From NCBI GenBank assembly GCA_004321745.1, contig SGYO01000004.1, positions 47,016-111,015 on the forward strand: DNA of 64,000 nucleotides. Reading direction: 5' to 3'. This stretch comes from a bacterium (lineage in GTDB: Bacteria > Fidelibacterota > Marinisomatia > Marinisomatales > UBA1611). The notes below the pieces were generated by a model that saw only the letters and a program-made list of their open reading frames with translations, was not told where the DNA came from and did no database searches. Below, one piece after another: positions 58,424 to 64,000 of the stretch. Each line of letters starts with the position of its first letter. The first letter of the stretch is position 1. The position numbers and the translations under genes are program-made.

Positions 58424-59361
58424 TGTTTGATCATAGACATTTAATTAGTTTAGAAAAATTTCCTAAGAAGGATATTCAACAAATAATTGACACTGCTTTT
58501 AATTTTAAAGAAGTCCTTGAAAGGCCAATAAAAAAAGTCCCATCATTACAAGGCAAAACGATAGTTAATTTATTTTTTGAAAATTCAACAAGAACTAGGA
58601 TTAGTTTTGAACTTGCGCAAAAAAGGCTTAGTGCTGACACTGTAAATTTTTCTGCCTCTACTAGTAGTTTAAAAAAAGGTGAAAGCTTTAAAGATACTGC
58701 CCAGAATATTGAAGCTATGAAAATAGATGCCGTCGTAATGAGACATCCTTCTCCTGGCGCTCCATATCAATTGAAAAAATTTATTAACGCTCAAATAATA
58801 AATGCGGGTGATGGTACCCATGAGCATCCAACTCAGGCCATTCTCGATATGATGAGCATTCAAGAAAAATTTGGAAAGATAAAAGATTTAAATATTGCAA
58901 TTATTGGCGACATCTACCACAGTAGAGTTGCAAGAAGTAATATTTATGGATTAGTCACTATGGGTGCTAATGTTACATTATGTGGGCCACCTAACTTAGT
59001 ACCTAAAGAAATTTCAGAACTTGGTGTAAATGTCAATTATAATATTGACGAGGTAATAGAATGGGCTGATGCTGTTAATATTCTAAGGATTCAAAGAGAA
59101 AGAATGGGTATAGGTTTAATTCCTTCAAGCAGAGAATATCGTAGGCTGTTTGGAGTCACATATGAAAGAATGTCTAGAAGGGATAAGGAGCTTGTAATAA
59201 TGCATCCAGGGCCAATGAATCGAGGTGTTGAGATTGATAGTGAAGTGGCAGATAGTGAGCAAGCAATTATTTTAGAACAAGTTTTAAATGGAGTTGCATC
59301 GAGAATGTCGATTCTATATTTATTGTTAGGTGCAAAGGAAGAGGATGGCGATGAAAATTGA
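58420..59361 (+). CDS. pyrB: Aspartate carbamoyltransferase catalytic subunit
   Basis: ENSTRTRISFELA and HEHPTQAILD motifs. 313 aa. ATGA overlap with pyrR. Confidence 0.95.
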   Translation: MMFDHRHLISLEKFPKKDIQQIIDTAFNFKEVLERPIKKVPSLQGKTIVNLFFENSTRTRISFELAQKRLSADTVNFSASTSSLKKGESFKDTAQNIEAMKIDAVVMRHPSPGAPYQLKKFINAQIINAGDGTHEHPTQAILDMMSIQEKFGKIKDLNIAIIGDIYHSRVARSNIYGLVTMGANVTLCGPPNLVPKEISELGVNVNYNIDEVIEWADAVNILRIQRERMGIGLIPSSREYRRLFGVTYERMSRRDKELVIMHPGPMNRGVEIDSEVADSEQAIILEQVLNGVASRMSILYLLLGAKEEDGDEN

Positions 59362-60640
59362 ACAAATAGAGGGCAGGCTTTTATTGAAAAAACCAAAAAT
59401 TATTGATCCTTTAAATGAAACTGAAACTATTAAAGATGTAATGCTTGTTGATGGAAAGATTGAGGAAATTGGAATAATTGAGGCTGGAAATGACATTAAT
59501 TTTATTGATTGTGATGGGCTAATCCTAACTCATGGTTTTTGTGATTTACATGTTCATTTTAGAGATCCTGGAAATGGAGATAAAGAAACAATGGAATCTG
59601 GATGCGAATCTGCTTTAGCTGGTGGTTTCACTAGAGTATGTACCATGCCAAACACTGAACCGCCAATAGATAGCCCTGAATTAATTAGTTATATTATTGA
59701 AAATACGAAAAAAATGCCGGTACATGTTCACCCCATTGGTTCAGTTACTAAAGGGCAAGCTGGTTCAGAAATAAGTGAAATGGGACTTATGATAGATTCA
59801 GGTGCAGTTGCTTTTAGTGATGATGGGCTACCAATACAAAATGGTTTAGTAATGAGGAAGGCCTTAGAATATTCCAAAATGTTTAATGTCCCTATCATAA
59901 ATCATGCTGAGGATGATTGTCTTAGAGCAAATGGCTTAATGAATGAAGGAATAGTCTCAACAAAATTAGGATTATCTGGCAACCCAAATATAGCAGAATC
60001 AATTATGGTTTTTCGTGATTTAAAATTGGCTGAACTAACTGGAGCTCAATTGCATGTACCTCACGTAAGTACAGCGGAGTCTGTTCAGTATATTAGCGAT
60101 ATGAAGAATCAATACAATGAAATAACAGCTGAGGTTACTCCTCATCATCTATTTTACACTGATGAGGCTTTGTATGATTATGACACTAATTTTAAGGTGG
60201 CTCCACCAATTAGAGATATAAGGTCAAGGTGGGCTTTAATCCAAGGAATAAAAGATGGTATAATCGATTGCATTGCAACAGATCATGCTCCACATACTTC
60301 ACATGATAAGGACACTACTTTTGATTTGGCTTCATGTGGTTTGATTGGTTTAGAATCTTGTTTAGGTGTAGTTAAAAAAGTATTAGTTGACGATGAAGAC
60401 TTGGGATTAATGGAAATGATCAAGCTTTTAACAGTGTCACCAAGAAAAATTATGGGATTTGACAATGATCTATTAAAAGAGGGTAAAGAGGCGGAATTGG
60501 TCTTATTCAACGAGGAAAAAAAATGGGTTTTTAATAAAAATGATATTAATTCAAAATCAAAAAATTCTCCATTTATTGACGCTCAATTGTCAGGAAAAGT
60601 AATACATACAATATCTAAGGGCGTTATCGCTACAAATTAA
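59351..60640 (+). CDS. pyrC: Dihydroorotase (long, allantoinase-like type)
   Basis: DLHVHFRDPG and ATDHAPH metal-binding motifs. ATG at 59351 lies 6 nt after GAGG; 59330 and 59345 are alternative starts. Overlaps the pyrB end. Confidence 0.9.
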   Translation: MKIEQIEGRLLLKKPKIIDPLNETETIKDVMLVDGKIEEIGIIEAGNDINFIDCDGLILTHGFCDLHVHFRDPGNGDKETMESGCESALAGGFTRVCTMPNTEPPIDSPELISYIIENTKKMPVHVHPIGSVTKGQAGSEISEMGLMIDSGAVAFSDDGLPIQNGLVMRKALEYSKMFNVPIINHAEDDCLRANGLMNEGIVSTKLGLSGNPNIAESIMVFRDLKLAELTGAQLHVPHVSTAESVQYISDMKNQYNEITAEVTPHHLFYTDEALYDYDTNFKVAPPIRDIRSRWALIQGIKDGIIDCIATDHAPHTSHDKDTTFDLASCGLIGLESCLGVVKKVLVDDEDLGLMEMIKLLTVSPRKIMGFDNDLLKEGKEAELVLFNEEKKWVFNKNDINSKSKNSPFIDAQLSGKVIHTISKGVIATN

Positions 60641-60738
60641 ACTACAATTAATATTAAAATATTATTAAAAATTCTTCGTAATAATGTTTGAAATCGATAA
60701 ATCATTTACCTAAGTTCGTTGGCTTAAATGTTTTAAAA

Positions 60739-61167
60739 ATGAAAACAAAAACTTTAAAAATATCAGAAATAGATAAAAAATGGTGGATTGCAGACGCTGA
60801 TTCCCAAACTCTTGGCAGATTAGCTAGTAGAATTGCTCAAATTCTTAAGGGAAAACATAAGGTAAATTATGTTCCTCACATGGATAATGGTGATTGTGTG
60901 GTAGTTGTTAATGCAGAGAAAATAGTAGTTACTGGAAGTAAAGAAGAGCAAAAGACTTACTTTCGTCACACCGGCTATGCTGGTGGTGTCAAAACCTCTA
61001 CCCTAGCACACTTAAGAAGAACTTACCCTGAACGAATCATCGAAAAAGCAGTCAAGGGAATGCTTCCTAGCAATAAACTTGGTAGAAGAATGTATTCTCA
61101 TTTGAAGGTTTATTCAGGGTCTAACCATCCTCATGAAGCTCAATCTCCTAAACCACTAAAGATATAA
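60739..61167 (+). CDS. rplM: 50S ribosomal protein L13
   Basis: ATG at 60739 gives [30 protein letters not shown], the conserved L13 N-terminus. The track extension from 60688 is rejected. Confidence 0.93.
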   Translation: MKTKTLKISEIDKKWWIADADSQTLGRLASRIAQILKGKHKVNYVPHMDNGDCVVVVNAEKIVVTGSKEEQKTYFRHTGYAGGVKTSTLAHLRRTYPERIIEKAVKGMLPSNKLGRRMYSHLKVYSGSNHPHEAQSPKPLKI

Positions 61168-61168
61168 C

Positions 61169-61567
61169 ATGGCAGAAAAAACAAAATTTATTGGAACCGG
61201 AAAAAGGAAGAACTCAGTAGCTAGAGTTTCTCTTCTCTCGCCAGGAAAGGGAAATATTGAAGTTAATGGAGTTGATGTTGATAATTATGTTCCTCGCGAA
61301 AGTTTAGCTGCAATTATCAAACAGCCCTTGAATGTTCTAGAGAAAATTAAAGAATATGATATTTCAGTAAATGTTAAAGGAGGTGGGCTTTCAGGGCAAG
61401 CTGGTGCGATAAGACTAGGTATCTCCAGAGCCCTAATATTAGTTGACCCTGAAAACAGACCAGCTTTAAAAGCTAACGGCTTATTAACTAGAGACTCTCG
61501 TAAGGTCGAAAGAAAGAAGCCTGGCCAACCTGGAGCTAGGAAAAAATTCCAATTCTCAAAAAGATAA
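61169..61567 (+). CDS. rpsI: 30S ribosomal protein S9
   Basis: 132 aa with [19 protein letters not shown] and the C-terminal KKFQFSKR. Confidence 0.96.
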   Translation: MAEKTKFIGTGKRKNSVARVSLLSPGKGNIEVNGVDVDNYVPRESLAAIIKQPLNVLEKIKEYDISVNVKGGGLSGQAGAIRLGISRALILVDPENRPALKANGLLTRDSRKVERKKPGQPGARKKFQFSKR

Positions 61568-61574
61568 TAAACAT

Positions 61575-62339
61575 ATGGCACTTATAAAATTCGAAGATTT
61601 ACTTGATACTGGAGCGCACTTTGGCCATGTGACGAGAAAGTGGCATCCAAACTACAAGCCATATGTTTTAATGGAAAAAAATGGTGTTCACATTATTAAT
61701 CTTGATGAAACGATATCCTCATTCAAAAAAGCTACAGATTTCATTCAAAGCGTTGTAAAAAAGAATGGTGAAATCTTATTTATTGGTACGAAAAAACAAG
61801 CTAAAGATATTGTTCAACAAGAAGCAGATAGGTGTGGTATGTTCTACATAGTTGAACGTTGGTTAGGTGGCTCCTTAACTAATTTTACAACTATAAAAAA
61901 GAGTATAAAAAGATTAAAATCCCTAGAAAAGGAGGGCTCTTCTCTTTACGAAAATTTAACAAAAAAAGAAGCTCAGATGTTAAATCGTGAACGTGTCAAA
62001 CTATCTGATCAGCATCGTGGTATTAAGGATATGAGAAAACCTCCAGATGCTGTCGTAATTGTAGACGGCCAATATGAAGCTACGGCTATTAAAGAAGCCA
62101 CGAGCATGAATATACCCACAGTTGCGCTAGTAGATTCTAATACTGACCCGAATATTGTAGATTTTCCAATTCCAGCGAATGATGATTCATTAAGAACGAT
62201 TCAACTTATCATAGGTAGTGTTGCAGACTCAATACTTGAAGTGAAGGGCGAGAGTAAAGATAAAAAAGAAACTGGCTCTATTGTGGATGACAAAGTTGCA
62301 AATGTCTCTACAGAAACTTCTAAAGAGGAAGAGGAGTAA
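61575..62339 (+). CDS. rpsB: 30S ribosomal protein S2
   Basis: LLDTGAHFGHVTRKWHP and ERWLGGSLTNF are present. It has an acidic C-terminal tail. Confidence 0.96.
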   Translation: MALIKFEDLLDTGAHFGHVTRKWHPNYKPYVLMEKNGVHIINLDETISSFKKATDFIQSVVKKNGEILFIGTKKQAKDIVQQEADRCGMFYIVERWLGGSLTNFTTIKKSIKRLKSLEKEGSSLYENLTKKEAQMLNRERVKLSDQHRGIKDMRKPPDAVVIVDGQYEATAIKEATSMNIPTVALVDSNTDPNIVDFPIPANDDSLRTIQLIIGSVADSILEVKGESKDKKETGSIVDDKVANVSTETSKEEEE

Positions 62340-62344
62340 AATTA

Positions 62345-62953
62345 ATGGTAATAGATGCAAATACAGTAAAACAACTTAGAGATAAAACTGGTGCTGGTAT
62401 GATGGATTGTAAAAATGCCTTGACAGAGTCAAACGGTGACCTAAACGCTGCAATTGATTTTCTTAGAAAATCTGGTGTCGCTAAGGCAGAGAAAAAAGGT
62501 TCAAGGGAAACTAAGGAGGGTTTAGTTTATTCCTATATTCATGCAGGAGGTAGACTCGGTGTAATGATTGAGGTGAATTGTGAAACCGATTTTGTTGCTA
62601 AAACTGATGGTTTTGTTGAACTTGCACACAACTTAGCTATGCAAATTGCCGCTACTAATCCGATTGCCCTCGACAAAAATTCCGTTTCAGATGAAATTAT
62701 TTCCAAAGAAAAAGAGATTTACACTGAGCAAGCTAAATCATCTGGAAAACCTGACAATATCATTGAAAAGATGGTAGAAGGTAGGTTGGCAAAATTTTAT
62801 CAAGAAAACTGCTTAATGGAACAAGCATATATTAAAGATTCTGAAAAGAAAATTAATGACCTTGTTACAGAGACAATAGCTACTCTTGGAGAAAATATCA
62901 CTATTAATAGATATACTCGTTTTGCTGTTGGTGAAACAGATTCCGAGAACTAA
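62345..62953 (+). CDS. tsf: Elongation factor Ts (short form)
   Basis: VKQLRDKTGAGMMDCKNAL UBA-like N-terminus. 202 aa. rpsB-tsf-pyrH-frr order. Confidence 0.93.
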   Translation: MVIDANTVKQLRDKTGAGMMDCKNALTESNGDLNAAIDFLRKSGVAKAEKKGSRETKEGLVYSYIHAGGRLGVMIEVNCETDFVAKTDGFVELAHNLAMQIAATNPIALDKNSVSDEIISKEKEIYTEQAKSSGKPDNIIEKMVEGRLAKFYQENCLMEQAYIKDSEKKINDLVTETIATLGENITINRYTRFAVGETDSEN

Positions 62954-62973
62954 GACATACACTATTTTACATA

Positions 62974-63690
62974 ATGCCTGAACCAGTTTTCAGTCGTATC
63001 TTATTAAAGCTAAGTGGTGAAGTCCTCGCCAATAAGCATGGTTTTGGAATTGACCCAGAAAAGGTTCTTTATTTAGCAAGAGAAATTGAACCTGTTTATA
63101 AATCTAATGTAAATATTGGTTTAATTATTGGTGCGGGGAATATTTTTCGTGGTATGGAAGCAAGTGCTGGTGGAATGGATAGGGTTACTGGAGATTATTT
63201 AGGTATGCTTGCAACGATAATGAATGCCATAGCATTGCAGGATGCTCTTGAAAAAATTGGATGTGAGACAAGAACACTTTCTGCCATAAACGTTACTCAA
63301 ATAGCAGAGCCTTACATCAGAAGAAGAGCTATTAGGCATATGGAAAAAGGCAGAATAGTTATCATTGCTGGTGGAACAGGGAATCCATTTTTTACTACAG
63401 ATTCCGCTGCAGCTTTAAGGGCAAATGAATTGGGCTCAGAAATATTACTAAAAGGAACTAAGGTAGATGGTGTATATGATAAAGATCCTTACAAATATAT
63501 TGATGCTAAAAAATACAATGAATTATCATATAATAAAGTAATACAAGATGATTTAAGAGTAATGGACATGACAGCAATTACTTTATGCAATGAAAATAAC
63601 ATTCCTATAAAAGTATTTAATATTAAGTCTTCTGGAGACTTGATTGATATTATTAGCGGAAGTAATATAGGAACGACTATAGGTAAATAA
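62974..63690 (+). CDS. pyrH: UMP kinase
   Basis: ILLKLSGEVL and GGTGNPFFTTDSAAALRA are present. 238 aa. Confidence 0.95.
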   Translation: MPEPVFSRILLKLSGEVLANKHGFGIDPEKVLYLAREIEPVYKSNVNIGLIIGAGNIFRGMEASAGGMDRVTGDYLGMLATIMNAIALQDALEKIGCETRTLSAINVTQIAEPYIRRRAIRHMEKGRIVIIAGGTGNPFFTTDSAAALRANELGSEILLKGTKVDGVYDKDPYKYIDAKKYNELSYNKVIQDDLRVMDMTAITLCNENNIPIKVFNIKSSGDLIDIISGSNIGTTIGK

Positions 63691-64000
63691 TGCTAGACAA
63701 TATTCATCAAGATGCAAATGTACGAATGGACTCTGCTTTGAGTCATACGCAAAATGAATTAAATAAAATTAGAACTGGTAGGGCTAACCCAGAAATTTTT
63801 GATTCAATAGTAGTAGATTATTATGGAACTCCAACTCCATTAAATCAAGTTTCGACTGTATCTGTACCTGAACCCAAATTGATTACTATGCAGCCTTATG
63901 AAAAGTCCCTCATTCCTTTAATTGAAAAGGCTATTCTTGATGCTAATTTAGGTTTTACTCCAGGTAATAATGGTAATGCAGTATTGATTCCAATTCCTGC
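63690..64000 (+). CDS. frr: Ribosome recycling factor, 3'-truncated by window edge
   Basis: Hand-translated from ATG 63690 (TAATG overlap with pyrH): MLDNIHQDANVRMDSALSHTQNELNKIRTGRANPEIFDSIVVDYYGTPTPLNQVSTVSVPEP... This is typical RRF. It is open to the end of the window. Confidence 0.9.
   Translation, partial: MLDNIHQDANVRMDSALSHTQNELNKIRTGRANPEIFDSIVVDYYGTPTPLNQVSTVSVPEPKLITMQPYEKSLIPLIEKAILDANLGFTPGNNGNAVLIPIP

Noticed and set aside
1-64000. CRISPR arrays, tRNA/rRNA/tmRNA/SRP RNA genes, IS elements, prophage or defence islands, alternative genetic code
   Set aside because: No direct-repeat/spacer pattern, transposase, phage-like or restriction/toxin genes were seen. The only recombinase is a housekeeping-type Xer. 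Spacers are too short or too unstructured for the RNA genes named. TGA, TAA and TAG all terminate well-conserved proteins at expected lengths, so the standard bacterial code applies.

Overview
AT-rich (about one-third G+C by eye), very gene-dense bacterial chromosomal segment. I call 59 CDS, 57 of them on the + strand. Many overlap their neighbours by 1-17 nt, and intergenic spacers are mostly under 100 nt. Content is core housekeeping. In order: the end of a complex I operon (nuoL-M-N), then a complete Na+-NQR operon (nqrA-F) with apbE and an unlisted minus-strand nqrM. Next come an NhaD-like antiporter, a PduO-type B12 adenosyltransferase, nrnA, ispH-pdxS-pdxT-dxs, a split-type methylmalonyl-CoA mutase large subunit and an archaeal-type (class II) GAPDH homologue. 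These are followed by tilS-hpt-ftsH, folP-cdaA, prfB (with the classic +1 frameshift, missed by the ORF track), lysS, lolC/E/D, clpC and dnaK. Then come a TamB/Omp85/TPR-lipoprotein envelope cluster, a truncated Bat-like moxR-DUF58-BatD/DUF4381 cluster, efp-accB-accC-gcvH, a GGGP-synthase-family prenyltransferase, gmhA, an XerC/D recombinase with a ~45-aa insertion, an M50 protease, fused formiminotransferase-cyclodeaminase, mutL and sixA (-). The window ends with miaA, pyrR-pyrB-pyrC and rplM-rpsI-rpsB-tsf-pyrH-frr. I saw no rRNA, tRNA, CRISPR array, transposase, phage genes or obvious island boundary, and the standard code (TGA = stop) fits. Gene content (Bat-like genes, GGGPS, Na+-NQR, TamB) together with visible Shine-Dalgarno sites suggests a streamlined, probably marine, FCB-superphylum-related bacterium, but this is inference only. 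I do not see a convincing novel multi-gene system; this looks like ordinary core genome. The best leads are the archaeal-type GAPDH plus GGGPS-family genes, the inverted nqrM, a strong terminator hairpin embedded in the apbE leader, the XerD insertion, a candidate PyrR-binding leader, and the minimal Bat-like cluster.
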